Shown one piece after another: positions 12,233 to 28,074 of a stretch of 64,000 nt of DNA. Location: assembly GCA_016748015.1 (NCBI GenBank), contig JAAOMT010000660.1, forward strand, positions 124,001 to 188,000. Reading direction: 5' to 3'. How positions within the stretch are numbered: the first letter of the stretch is position 1; every line of letters begins with the position of its first letter. The stretch is from Geosiphon pyriformis uo1 (Eukaryota > Fungi > Glomeromycota). A model generated the notes under the pieces. It had not been told where the DNA came from and did no database searches. It was given only the letters and a program-made list of their open reading frames with translations. The position numbers and the translations under genes are program-made.

Positions 12233-13484
12233 ATGGAAAACCCCAGAGACGTTTCCCCGTCAATCTCCCAAAGTTCCACTTCCGTCACAGTTTCTTCAAC
12301 AAACACCAGTTCTGCAGCCTCTTCGATCCTGCCTAATGCCCCCTTCCCACAACCGGCTCCGCGTCCTACTACGAACTCTCCCAATCTACCATCAGCAATA
12401 GATCTTCCAGGTGGCATAAATCCACACTTTTCCTACGAGTATTTCTCAGAACTGGTGCAAAAACGAATAACTACCTTCACCTACCTTAAGCGTGCTCATG
12501 AAGGCCGAATACATTGGTTTAACACAGTATGCTTGACAAAAGACGACTTAGCAACTGAATACGACAATTCTCGGATGAAACGACGGTCGGTTTTATGTTG
12601 CTTTTTATGGCAGCAAAATTGAGTGTGAAAGCATGATCTGATACTTTGCAACATATATGTATATAGGAAAAGACTAATTTTCGGTTACTTTTAGTACGGG
12701 AAACTTTTTCATTCTTGGGGCGTCCCTAGCACTTATATTGGATATTACTAACCCGCACGACTATGTGCGCGCTTTAACCGTGATGCTACAAGAATTTGAA
12801 TATCATACGAATGAACATTCAAAGCAAAAGATGGTAAATCAAGAAATTCTCAACGTTGATCGAATTCCGAATTGCATTTCATACTATCCACTCCCCAATC
12901 GTATCAAATAACTGGACTTTAACCACTTTGAACTTCTAAATTTCAAAGAAAATGTTTTTTAGAAAGTCAAAAGGGACCAAAGATGAAGATACCTCTTTTC
13001 AAGAAAGTGGTGAATATACTTATCTTTATGTACCAAACATAGTAAGTTCGATTAATTTTTTCAAAAAGTTTCAATTTTATTTAAATTTCATTCTCAATAC
13101 AATTCTTATTTGCAATTTACATCTTATTCTAAGCCATTTGAGCTAGATTATTTTCAAACATTTTATACTCTTTGTGATATACTGGTGGAAATATATCATA
13201 AACTCTTGGTTGGGACGGCCAATATGTGGGCTGGCCAATTTGCAGAAAATGTATTAAAAGCTGACGGAAAATTTAAGGTTTGATTATCTGAGCTTTTGAT
13301 TTCATTTATCTTTACATAAATTAAGAACCTTAATCACAAACTTGCTTGATTAAAGAAAATAATTTCTTTAGTCACTAAAGAAATTGATTCTTTGGCACGC
13401 AATGCGGTCAAAGAAGAATTGAGCTCGGTAGATTCGATAATTTCTAAGCAAGATCATGACGCAGCAAAGAAAAGCACAATATAA
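12233..13484 (+). CDS. Conserved-looking hypothetical helical protein, multi-exon, start uncertain
   Basis: Clean GT-AG splicing gives ..LVQKRITTFTYLKRAHEGRIHWFNTV..FFILGASL..EYTYLYVPNI|PFELDYFQTFYTLCDILVEIYHKL..ADGKFK|KIISLVTKEIDSLARNAVKEEL..*. I cannot assign a function. Confidence 0.75.
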
Positions 13485-14469
13485 CTCACCAGTTTCCAAG
13501 AAATTGGTTATGAAAAATTTGCATTTTAATTTAACACGAACTAGATAATAATTAATTTAGAATCCTGTACATAGAAAATACTTTTGTTCCATAGCTTTTA
13601 GAATATTATTTTTATTACATAAATACAGTTGAAATTTCCTGAATTATCAAAATTCTTAAATAGACTATTTTATTTTCAATTTATGAAAATTTAAAAATTT
13701 TAAATCTCAAACTTGATTATTTCAATTTAATTACTAAAATTAATTGATATGTGGATTTTAATTAAGTTTTTAAATTAATTTAACCCATTCCTTAATTAAT
13801 TTTGTTTTTATGCTTATACATATATATATATATGTTTGTTTGTTTAATTTCTTGGTTATTAATTTTAATTGTTTTTAATATTAGTCTTTTATATTTAACT
13901 TTTATTTTATCTTTACTAATTTGATTATAACGAAGTTAATAAATTATTTGAATTTAATTTTTATACTTATAAAAACATCATTGCAAATTTATAACAAAAA
14001 CATGTAAATCTAAAAGCAATTTATTATAATTATAATTTCTTATTTTAATGGTTTCGATCAAATGTAATGCATAATAATATTAATTTTGAGGGAAAAAAAA
14101 TTGAATTTTCCAAAAAGCTGTGATACTTGCAACCATCTACAAACACAAATCAATAGAGTATACAGTCCAATGTAAATTATCCAAGCCAAAATACATTATT
14201 TCCAATCAAAGATGTGTCTGTAATAGCTTTTCAAAAAAAAAAAGAAAAAGCGATTGCAATCTTTAATTGTGATTGTTTTATTTTATAATAAACCCCTTAT
14301 TAAGTTAATGGATTCGGCAAGTAACAACATATGACATCAATTGGAACGGTAAATCCAAGGAGGGGAGCAAATTCGCGATAGGCATCTTAACACCAAAAAC
14401 GAATCGAATCATTTTTTAAAATACCAACCTTTGATGTATTAAAATTGAATAAGAAGGACATTTTCGGTT

Positions 14470-17131
<2,662 letters not shown>

Positions 17132-17564
17132 TTTTGTGGGTCTCAAATGTTCCCGACAAACTACATATAATTGATCTCTAAAATCAGTGAAAGGAGATTT
17201 GCAATTTTAATAATTGTTATGACACAAATAACTGAAATAAAATTCATTTCAAATATAAATATTTGTGAACATTTTGATAATTCTTTATTATTATTATTAT
17301 TTACATAAATTAAATTTTAATTAAAAATATAAAAATTGGGATATCATTATATATATTAAAAAATTTACTATACGTACGTGTATTATTATACATAAAATCT
17401 ATTTTATTAATTTATAATAATCATTATTTTTTATCATTAAAAAATTTAAAATTATAATTAAATATCAAAATTTATGAAATAATAATAATAATAATAATCA
17501 CGTGATAAAAGAAAAGCTTTTAAAAAACCAAGTCACAATTGAATAATTCATAGATTCAGACATC

Positions 17565-18467
17565 ATGACAGATCCTACTCTTCAATCGTTAAATTCCAAC
17601 CAAAACACCAATAGTATTAACCCAATTTCCCATCCCAATTAAAGATTCATAAAGGTAGTTGTCATTGTGAAAAAATTGTATTTGAAATTGATGCACCCAC
17701 GGTTCTTGAATTATTGGATTGTAATTGTTCAATTTGTTTCAAGAAAGGTAATTTACTTTATGAAAAATTTTCTTTGATCTATGAATTTGGGATTTTGATA
17801 TTTTTGAGTTTTCCACATTATATATAAACTATTTTAAAAAACTAATTTTCTCTTATCATCGAATTTAAGGTTTTCTCCACTTAATTATTCCATTATCCCA
17901 ATTCCGTCTCTTGCGAGGAAAAGAAAATCTTATGCAATACACATTTGGTACACATATCGCCAAACATTATTTTTGTAATACTTGTGGAATTTCACCATTG
18001 TAAGTGCAGGTATTTTGAAATTTCTAAAATTAACATCATCACCCTCCTCATCATGAGGAGATTAAAAATCTTATCTAATAGTTATATACCACGTTCGAAC
18101 CCTGATGGATGTGATGTAAGAAATTAGAAATCATTAGAATTTCTAAACCCTTTTTGAATCATTAATTTATTCAATCCCAAAAATTTTGATACATGTACAA
18201 GGTTAACTTTCGATGTCTTCAGCCAGGTACTGTAGAATCATATAATATTACTCCATTTGATGGACAGGTAAGGTTCATAAAAAAAAAAATTTCCCCCCCC
18301 CCCCTCCCTAATTTTCCAAAGGGACTATTTTCTTATTTGAAATTTTTCTATGCGAAAATAAAATCATTAATGTTCAATAACTTTTTATCACTAATTAGAA
18401 TTGGGAAGAAAATGCAACTCAATTAGCTCATTTATCACAAGATTCTCGAGTTCCAAGGAATTTTTGA
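17565..18467 (+). CDS. GFA / CENP-V-like (Mss4-like) zinc-binding protein, 5' end unresolved
   Basis: HKGSCHC..DCNCSIC.KK|GFLHL..YTFGTHIAKHYFCNTCGISPF|YIPRSNPDG.D|VNFRCL..FDGQ|NWE. The only nearby ATG (17565) is out of frame with the domain by one base. Confidence 0.85.
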
Positions 18468-19012
18468 TAGATTTAAAATAGATTTAGGTATTAAATTTTA
18501 CATGATTGAGGTATTTTACGTTTTTTTTTCTTGAATAAATAAATTAGTTGAATGATACAGTTAGTCACCTTTTTCATTCAATCCGAATAAGCAATATGGC
18601 AAAATGTTAAAACGAAACTATTTGAAAATTAGAAAGGTATGCAATAATTTTATCAAAAACATTTTTTATATTCTGGTCCATTTTTAATCGTATTTGTCAT
18701 ATTTTCTGTCCGTGTTTTACCGTATTTTTCGTTGCCATTATATCATTATTATTGAAAATTAATCGCTTCACACAAGTAATAACTCAAATCTACTATAGTA
18801 CAATAGTGTTAGTAATAGTAGTGGTAATAGTGATAGTTGGTAGTGGTTGTGTTAATGTCAGTGATGGTGGTATTACAATCTAAGAATTTTATCCAGTCTC
18901 TCTATTTGGACTTTTTTTAACTGAAATTATAATGTAAAATTGACTAATGTTTTTCCTCATACTGTCCAAACTTTTGAATATGATCAAAACCCACCAAGAA
19001 TGTTTGATATAT

Positions 19013-20307
19013 TTAAATCGAGATTATAATATCCCTATAATTTAATTCAACTTCGTCATCCCATTCATCAGCCCTATTAAGACTCAACATGGTTCTCGTC
19101 TCGATCGATGTATTGATAGTTTGCATCGGTTTTAATTTTTGATACACTAAAGTTACTCGTGTTTTCTCGGTAATATCATCTTGACCAAGAGTGATTAGTG
19201 ATTCGTTCGGTGATGGTGACGGTGGTGGTGGTGGTGGTGGTGGTGGTGGTGGTGATGATAATGACGAGAAAGGTACAACAGCATTAGTGTGAAATATGGT
19301 TTTTGTTTCAGTTGATAAAATTGAAGGTATGGGTAATCTCAAGTCTTTCTCATGGGTTTTGTTTGAAGAAGCATTGATTTTATTGAGTTGTTCAATTATT
19401 ATGAATTCCTGAATTATTGATTTAAATGTTAGAGAATTGCTTTAGATAATAATAATAATAATAATAATAAAGGTTCATGAAAAGAAAGAAAGATTTTATA
19501 CCTCTGTTGATTTGCTTAATAATCGCCAATTAATACCGTAAACATTATCTTGTTGATTGAAAGCGGAAAGATGTTGACTTATCGCGTTTGATACCTGTTT
19601 TTCGATTGAAAATGAAATTTTTTTATAGAAATTAGACAAAAAAAAATCATTGATGCCAATTAATTAATCACATGACATCTATCGAAATAGATATATTACC
19701 TTCTTAAAACGCCATAACGTCCATCCACGAATCCATATGAAACTAAGAACCGTTCCCACAGCGATCATCCCTGTTACCCATCTTACCATTGCATCTTGTA
19801 CTTTTCGAAATTGTTCTTGCTCTTTGGATTGCCAATTATTTATCACCGTCTCATTTCCCGTCTGTGTCTGCCAATCTTTTCTCATGTACCTCATTCCTTG
19901 TAAGAAATGTGGTAAAATAATACATGTTGAAATAGCGGTAAGGATGATCGGTAGGAGTAAAGGTTTACATTGGGTTGAACAGGTTTCTGCGGATCGTGAT
20001 AGAAAGAGTGGAAGTTGATGATGTTGAAGATTTGAAAGTTGAAGTGCATCGTTCAGGGTTTTTAGTCGATGTGCAAAAACGTGTGGTTGTATCTAAGGAT
20101 TATGAGAGATATTTTTATTAATTGAATTAATTATGATTTCAATTGAATGAATTATAATTATAATTGAATGAATTATAATTTTTATTGAATGAATTTCTAG
20201 AAAATAAAATCAAAAACCATGTAACTTACGTATCCTGATAAAATTTCCCAAGGATAAGCTTGTTGAAGAAGTTTCTGGTGACGTAAAGATATTTGTGCTT
20301 GTTTCAT
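19013..20307 (-). CDS. Hypothetical two-transmembrane protein with Pro-rich tail, 4 exons
   Basis: MKQAQISLRHQKLLQQAYPWEILSGY|IQPHVFAHRLKTLND..LLLPIILTAISTCIILP..WVTGMIAVGTVLSFIWI..KK|VSNAISQHLSAFNQQDNVYGINWRL..|..poly-Pro..*. Confidence 0.65.
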
Positions 20308-20656
20308 TTTCGTCAATAAGTAGGTAGGTAGGTAGTTTGGGTGAGTGAGTAGATACAGAAAGAATTATTATTTTTTAAATTTTTTTGTTTCTTTCTTTTT
20401 GCTTTTTGTTTCGCTGGGTAAAAAAAATCTTGTGAACCCAACGTAAAAAGAGAATTATATTAAAAAGAAAAAAGTGTTATAGATATAGCTATTTTGTTGG
20501 GTTCTTTATATGGTCGTTCGGCGTTGTAAATATTTATTCAAGACTAGTTTGTTTTCAAAACTCGCTAGCAGATATTATCGCATGTGAAAAGTTAGGAAAG
20601 GATCGTTCGCTCTTCTTTAAGTCTTTTTCTAAATTGGAATATTTATATTTTTGTTA

Positions 20657-20696
<40 letters not shown>

Positions 20697-22192
20697 ATAA
20701 ACGGTTTACCGAAAAAAGACAAACTAAGGATATTTACAATCGAAGAGATTATTATTCTACTAGAATTTTCTTTTGTTTTTTTAAAAATAAATAAATAAAT
20801 GTCTACTTGTAAAAAAAAAAAAAAAAGAAGTCTTGGTTCGACCCAGCGAAAAGAAAAGTAATGGAAAGAAAATGGGGGTTTCAAAAGAAAATAAAACTAA
20901 AAAGGATGTTTAATATAATTTTTAATATTTCGTGCTTTTTTCCCTGGAGTGTATGTTTCTGATTGTTATTACTACTACTGCTACTGCTATTGCTACTGCT
21001 ACTAATATATATTGTTTGATTAAATGTTTTGATAAATATTTATTCCATTAAGTTAAAAAAACTTTATTTCAATTACCATTTTAAATAATTTTAATTTGTA
21101 CAACTTTTTGCTTACACAATGACACTTTTACTCCATATCCATGCATTTTTTATAATTCATTATTATTATTGTCTCTGTGATACTTTTTAGTTCGGATGGT
21201 TACCTTTTAGAAGATCTTTGGGGAAAAAAAGGTTCCTAGCGAGATTCACGAATTTTAGCTCGTGGCTCTATTTATAATCTCTTCTCTTATCATGGTGGAT
21301 AAAGCCGATTAAGGTGATGGCCGGTAAATGAAGTCACGCTGGGGGGAAAAGTTGATTAAGAGTACGATTGTGATAAGAAAAAAGATTGTATAGATACGGC
21401 CATAGTTCAAATAGTAACTTCATTGGCGTTTAAATTCATAAAAACCTTTTGAACATCATCGATTACTAATCATCATCACATATATATTATATATGCAAAA
21501 TGTTAGTTTACTAATCATCATTCGTCATTTATCAAATTTACCCATTTGAACCAATTCATCCATCTCACAAAGGCATAATAATGCATGTACGTCACATCAC
21601 TACACCACCATTCTTTCTTTTTTTAGGACCCTCGAAGATTGGATCAAAAAGTAGTATTACTCTAAAAATAACAAGGAGAGAAAAAGAGCGTCATGGTATA
21701 TATTTGGTGTATGGTGTTCACATGGTTTATAACCGGAATGATTCTAATTGAATTTTTTCTTTTCTGGCTAATTATCGGTGGTGGTGAGTGATGGTTTTAA
21801 CCTTTTTTGGTATAATGAACAAAGAAATAGAATTTCGTTGAGGAAAATCTTGAAAGATTTCGTTCATTCGTGCATCCATTTATTTCATTTCATTCATTCA
21901 TTCATTCATTCATTTGATTAATTTCCTTATAAAATATCATAAAAGGATCGAAAAGAGAATAAGAAATAAGTCTTATTGAGATAATATGTAAATGATTCGA
22001 ATTTATTTTCTAAATTTTTCTAACTATGGTGGTAAAAAAATTACTTGGGGATTAATGTTTAAATCTGGAAAATCTGAAAGGATTCCTAAGATGATAGATC
22101 TACCGATTAAAGCATTAATGATAAATATTAAAGGAATGAAAGAGAATCCAGACTTTTTATATATCAATCGATGATTTTTAAATTATAAACCT

Positions 22193-22248
<56 letters not shown>
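22193..22248 (+). repeat. (TAA)n microsatellite
   Basis: About 18 perfect units, intergenic. Confidence 0.9.
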
Positions 22249-22249
<1 letters not shown>

Positions 22250-23687
22250 TAATTGAAATACAAAATATTATTCAGCCTCTCTTGTTTTACACATCCTTTT
22301 TGGAATTCGTAGAAAAGAATTGGAATTATTAAACTTTTATCAATTAAAAATTGTTGTGATAAATATATACTTTATCTATTTATCACAACAATTCTCAGGG
22401 TGGACTATCTTGATCAAAATCTTTTAACCATCACAATAATTAAATTGATTTTATGATAATATTTGAAATGGATTTCTCTTTATTAAATTGAATTAATGGA
22501 AAACTCCAATAAAATCTTGGCAATTTTTAAATACCTTTTATCAAAAGTACCTTTCTTCTTCATTTTTTCCATATAGAAATGTGATGTATATCATCAAGAA
22601 AACAGTTTAATTATCTAACCATTTCACCGGTTTTATCCTGTTTGTTCACATTCTTTTTTACGAATCGCCTTTCCCCAATCTACATAATGATTTCAAAAAA
22701 ATACTGTATATTGATCGTAAGATAAATCTGTTTTATCTTTCAATTTTTTATTGATATCAATCAATCAATCAATCAATTAATAAATATCTATATATCTATA
22801 TATCTATATATCTATATCTATAACCATAAAATTATGTTTAATTAATTTGAAAAATAAAATAAAAAACATATTTTTAAATGCAAATAAAAATGACATAAAA
22901 TAAAATAAAATCATAAAAAAAAACGGTCAATGATCAATATTTATTTGAATCAGTAAAAAAAAAATCTTGATATAAAAAATCTTTATCATAATTTAAATTT
23001 TTGTCAACGGAATATAAATTAGATTTTTTTTTTTTTTTTTTTTTTGACAAATGATTTTTAAAAAATACAATTACCAATTTGATATTGGTTTTTCTGTTCT
23101 AAAGAGAGATCGTTTAACTTCGGTCATTGAATTATTCAAAACGCTAAAGTTAATATATCATGAACTTTTATATAAAAAACGCATACGTAATTGGTCTTTC
23201 AATTAATTAACATTCGGTGAAAAAAAAAAAGTCATTGGATTATTAATGGGATTATTACTAATGAAATTATTATTCAATAACTTTGAATGAGATTTTATTT
23301 CTTTTTGTACTTGTCTTTTCGATTCATCCAATACAATTCAATTAGGTTTGAAAAAAAAACTATTATTCCTTGATAAAATGTAAATACATCATAAAAATTG
23401 TAAAAAATTGATAGATCATTATATAATATAAATATTACAACTTTTGTGATTTTTATGTTTTCATTATTTTAGAAAACACAACAACAACAACAACAACAAT
23501 AATATTATTATTTTTATTATTTACTATTAAATAATTTAAATTTATCAATGACCTGAAATTAAAAAATTACAATATTTTACATAATTTCTGGCTTTTATTT
23601 CTTATTGAAACTTTGAATTTCTATAATACAAATTTCTTTATACTTTTCTTTCTTTCTTTCTTTCTTTCTTTTTATAAAATCCTATAC

Positions 23688-25137
23688 TTAATGTACCCAG
23701 GGTGGAGATGATTGGAGACAATTACCCATATAGACATTGAAATAAGGACCATTATGAGAATTCGAACGAAATTCAGAATATTTTAGGTTACAGTCCTAAA
23801 TCAAAAAAAAAATTATTGTTAAAAATTGGCTAGTAATGAAAACAATCAAGTTAAACATATAGTCACTCTCACCAAGCTCTCGTTAATCTCTAAATCTCCA
23901 TTTTCTTGACGAATTTCGGACCCTACGCACCAATAAACATCCTCCTTATCTGAAGGGCAATCACATTTTGGAGGTCCAATCCAGAGTTCATGAAGATGGT
24001 GCACATAGTAATTTCGATATGTGGTAAAAGGCATTCTAGGCACAAAATCATCAAATAATGTAATCCTAACCACTGGCATATCGATTACAAGACTGTTAAT
24101 GTAATTTGCGAATTCACGGTTTCCAATGTGTGGCTGTCCGTATGTCACTACCATTAATTCAAGATTTTTTCGGATTTCACGAATTTCCAACAGAGCAAAT
24201 ATAGCATGTACTTGAAACATTTGAATATTCATCAGACAATTATATTCCCGATAAAAATTATTTTTTCCCAATTTTTTTTACCTCCACCTATACCGTGCCC
24301 AACTGCGGTGATACGATTTGTTTTGGCTGATTTAATTCGATTCATCAGTTGAAATAATATGACACGTTTAGTCTTGAGAAATTCTTCATAAAATTCCGCA
24401 TCTACCTAAATATTACAAGCTATTTAAGAGATTTATCCCAAATTATTTGGTAAGAATCTTGAACTTTGCTTACCATGGCATCTTCGACACCAGGATATTT
24501 CATCCATCTATTAGACCGTTCTTGCCATTCTCCTTTCATTTTTTCTTTACCTCTCATTCTTAAAATAATTTGTTCATCTCTCACAATCGTTTCAGCTGAA
24601 TCATTCCCAAATTCGATATTAAATTCATTAAATTATGAATTGGTTAAAAGATGAAGATAAAAGACGAAGATAAAAGACGAAGATAAAAGATGAAGATAAA
24701 AGATGAAGATAAAAGACCATAAATTCCAGATGTAATCATTCCACGTTTCTCGTCAAGACAATAAGCCATCATAGCATCCCATGCAAATCCTTGAAATTTA
24801 ATGTAATCATTCGAAGAAACTGTTTGAAGGGTCTCTCTCGTTCGTTTTATTAATATCGAATTTGAAAGATTTGGTATTGGATGGAAATTATCGAAACGAT
24901 AAGTATCATTTCGGCGCTTTTCTCGTATTGATTCTCTTTGCGGCAAATATTTTTTTTGGTTAAGATTATTAGGAAAAAGAGGGACAAAATGGTGCCAATT
25001 GACAACAGAAATTTTTTCTTGATTAATTTTTGTGAGCAAATTTCTTTCTGAAATCGTTTCCTTGAAAAAAAGCTTTTTACATTAATGAGAACTATAATTG
25101 ACCACATTGATAATAATATAGTGTCTTTTGTTGACAT
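23688..25137 (-). CDS. Secreted class-3 lipase-like alpha/beta hydrolase, catalytic Ser replaced by Gly, with a 1-bp frameshift near the 5' end
   Basis: Hydrophobic N-terminus, then AMMAYC, ILRMRG, VDAEFY, TAVGHGIGG, VVTYGQPHIGNREFA, RITLFDDFVPRMP, YVHHLHELWI, HNGPYFNVYMGNC. The N-terminal ORF and the main ORF change frame at an A7/T7 run near 25065-25071. Confidence 0.82.
24645..24717 (+). repeat. 13-bp tandem repeat (TAAAAGAYGAAGA) x about 5.5 in a lipase intron
   Basis: Directly visible; it begins at the minus-strand GT donor. Confidence 0.9.
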
Positions 25138-28074
25138 ATTTCATCAAAAGATGAGAAAATTCCTGTATATTATTTACGTAGAATTTTTCTCAAAGATATG
25201 CTTTTTGATTACTTGGCTCACCTGAGACACAAATCTTCGGCCATGAAAAATTAAGTTTGTCTCTAAGCTCGTACAAAAGCTGACGGGAAAAAGTTGAACC
25301 GTCGATTAAATATTCGGTTAAAAGAAAACTCTGGAGATAATGTAACATGCAAGCTCTTTTATTAAGAAACCTTTATCAACAAGACGAGTTTTTCCAAAAG
25401 CATAAACTGATATTCGATAGTGAAATCATAAATCCGCCGGATGCGCTTAAATATTTAGGATTTGCCTCAAGTGAGTAGAAAAAAAAAGCAAAAACAAAAA
25501 CAAAAATAATAATAATATAAGATTTTTCATTTTATCCGAAAAAATTTTAACATTTTAATATTATTTCAAGAGATCTTGATTGAGTACAAAAAATCCCAAA
25601 GATTCTAGGGAAATCATAGTGTAAAAGAAATGATTAAAAAAAAAACTTTACTTTAATAACTTTATTTATAAAGATTTTTCTAATGAAAATACAAAAACAT
25701 ACAAATAAAAAATGTTTAACGAAAAATATAAACTCTTTGATTTTTCTTATAAACTGTGATAAACAATATTTTTTAAGAATGAATATTAAAATTAAATAAA
25801 ATTTTACATTCAATATTTATAAGATTGTTATTCAAATATCATCTTTGCTTTTATTCAATACGTTTCTAAATTTTTTTTTTCTTACTTTATTTTATTTCTC
25901 TTTAATTAAAACTACAAATTTTTTTCATGAGTTAAAAATTAATTAATATATATTCCTAATTTTTCTAATTTTTAATAAAATTACAATTAAAGTTAAAAAT
26001 TTATTTTCAAATAATATCAAAATTTTATTTATTAATTTAAATAATCATAAAAAATTAATAATAATAATAATAATAATAATAAGATAAAGTAATTTGAATA
26101 TATTTATAATATTTAAAACTTGATATTTTATCAAATTTGATAATTAGAATTATTTTTAAAATATTAGTTTATTAACGTTAATTGAATACTTCAAAAAAAT
26201 AATCATAAGAAAATTTAGATTAAAAACTAATTATAAAAATTTGATAATACAAATAATGAAAAATGATTAATAGAATGATTAATTAAAAAACACACAAAAA
26301 AAAAGCTTAATTATTTAAATCAAAATGCATACTTAGATTTTATTAGTAAAACCAAAAAGAATTTTAAACCCAAAATTTATTAAGAAATTAAAATCTTACT
26401 TGCCCAATCATTCAATATAGAAAATATTGTATGATTAAAAAATGATAAAAGAATAAATTAAAATAAAAAAAGTATCATGAAACCCAGATGATTATTTGGC
26501 GATCTGGTGACGATAATTTCTGTGGAATAGGAAATATGTATAATTTTATAAAACCATTTTTAGAAAGGAATTCGATTCTGCTATTTTTTACTTGGGATCA
26601 CTTGATAAAAATCAAAACGTCATTTGATGCAATGAAAAGCTACATAAGTAGCTTTATGGCTTCGGGATGTCACTTGAAACCTTTCTCTGCATTGGAAAAA
26701 TAGTATGGCTATAATCTCAAATATGGGAATAGATAATCGAATTTATTTTCCCCTTGGTTCATCACTTGACAGGAAAATATAAATTTCTTTAAATGTACCC
26801 AATCAAGCAAATCAAAATGGATTTGTTTTTCCCATTGGACAATTTACGCGACTTTCTCCCCATTTTTACTTCTATTACGCCTGAAAGTATAACATTTTGG
26901 TCTTTTAAGGATCTTTAAAATTCCCCAATGTTTCCCAATCGAAAGAGACAGCATGATAAATCTATATTTTGACATTTGAAATTCAAAATCAAAATTTCTA
27001 CATTCAGGATTTCATCAATGAAAGGCAAAGATACCTCTAAAGGAAAAAGTAATGGTTCACCCATTTTGCTTTTAATTTTCTTGGAATGATTTAATGATTT
27101 ACTATATTGCCTTTTGGGTATTTCCAATTACGTGTATTAAGAAGGATTTGAAAAAAATGCTGTCATTTGAAAGCTTGAACTTTTATAAATACCCGTGGTG
27201 CTAGCCTTTGAAATGGCAGAAAAGTGGTAAGACTTTTATTAAGGTGATGGCAAGGTGACGAAGGTGTATATCGTAAGAAAAGGTTTTTATCAAAAAACCA
27301 TTTTTTTTTTTTAAATGAATTTAAATGCATTAAAAATCTTGCCTGAAATTTTGAATCCTTTTTTCTCATCTTTTTTGGAAAAACTTTACATTTTGGTTTA
27401 AAACAATTTACGAAACTTACCTGAATATTAGATGATATGTGCCTTGTAGACATTCAACATTCCTTTTTATCCATGATTCGATTAATCCCTAATTTACCAC
27501 CATCCCAAATTGTTTGAGAAAGAAGTCAAGAAAATCTATCGGTATTGTTATTTCAAAAAATCTTCGTTCGTACCACACACTCGTTTTTTATTGAGAGATA
27601 ATTTCCAAAACTGAAAACCTTTTGATGATACAATCGTATGTTTACAAGAAATTCTATTCTTGTTGCTTAATTTGATTTTCTTATGATAATTTTGACTAAC
27701 TTGTATGTTTCATTGATTCTTAATCTTTGATTAGAAATAAAGACTACTAGTGGGGTTTGATAGAAAATTTAATATAAAATAATTTCAGGTGGATAAGATT
27801 TTTTCGAAAATTGATAAAATTATTTTTGTCATTTTTTGTGTTTTTGTCATTTTTTTTGCGTTTTTAATATTTTCTTGTTTTTTTTTTTTTGCTTTGCTTT
27901 ATAATTAACATTTTTTTGGGGTTTGTATTTTTTTTTAAGAAAAAAAAAAACGATTTGTATCTCAATCAGGGTTGAGAAATAAAGAAAGATATATAATTGA
28001 AAATTTAATTCTGTCAAACTCGCGAGTCAAACCTCTGTCTTCTTTATTGGGTAACAAAAAACCTTGCTTTGAAA

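Noticed and set aside
20830-20850. GGTTCGACCC B-box / tRNA T-loop-like motif
   Set aside because: No cloverleaf stems or A-box could be built around it.
26480-27480. Short ORFs and a GTAAGT donor-like site in a moderately GC-richer block
   Set aside because: No coherent spliced frame or recognisable motif.
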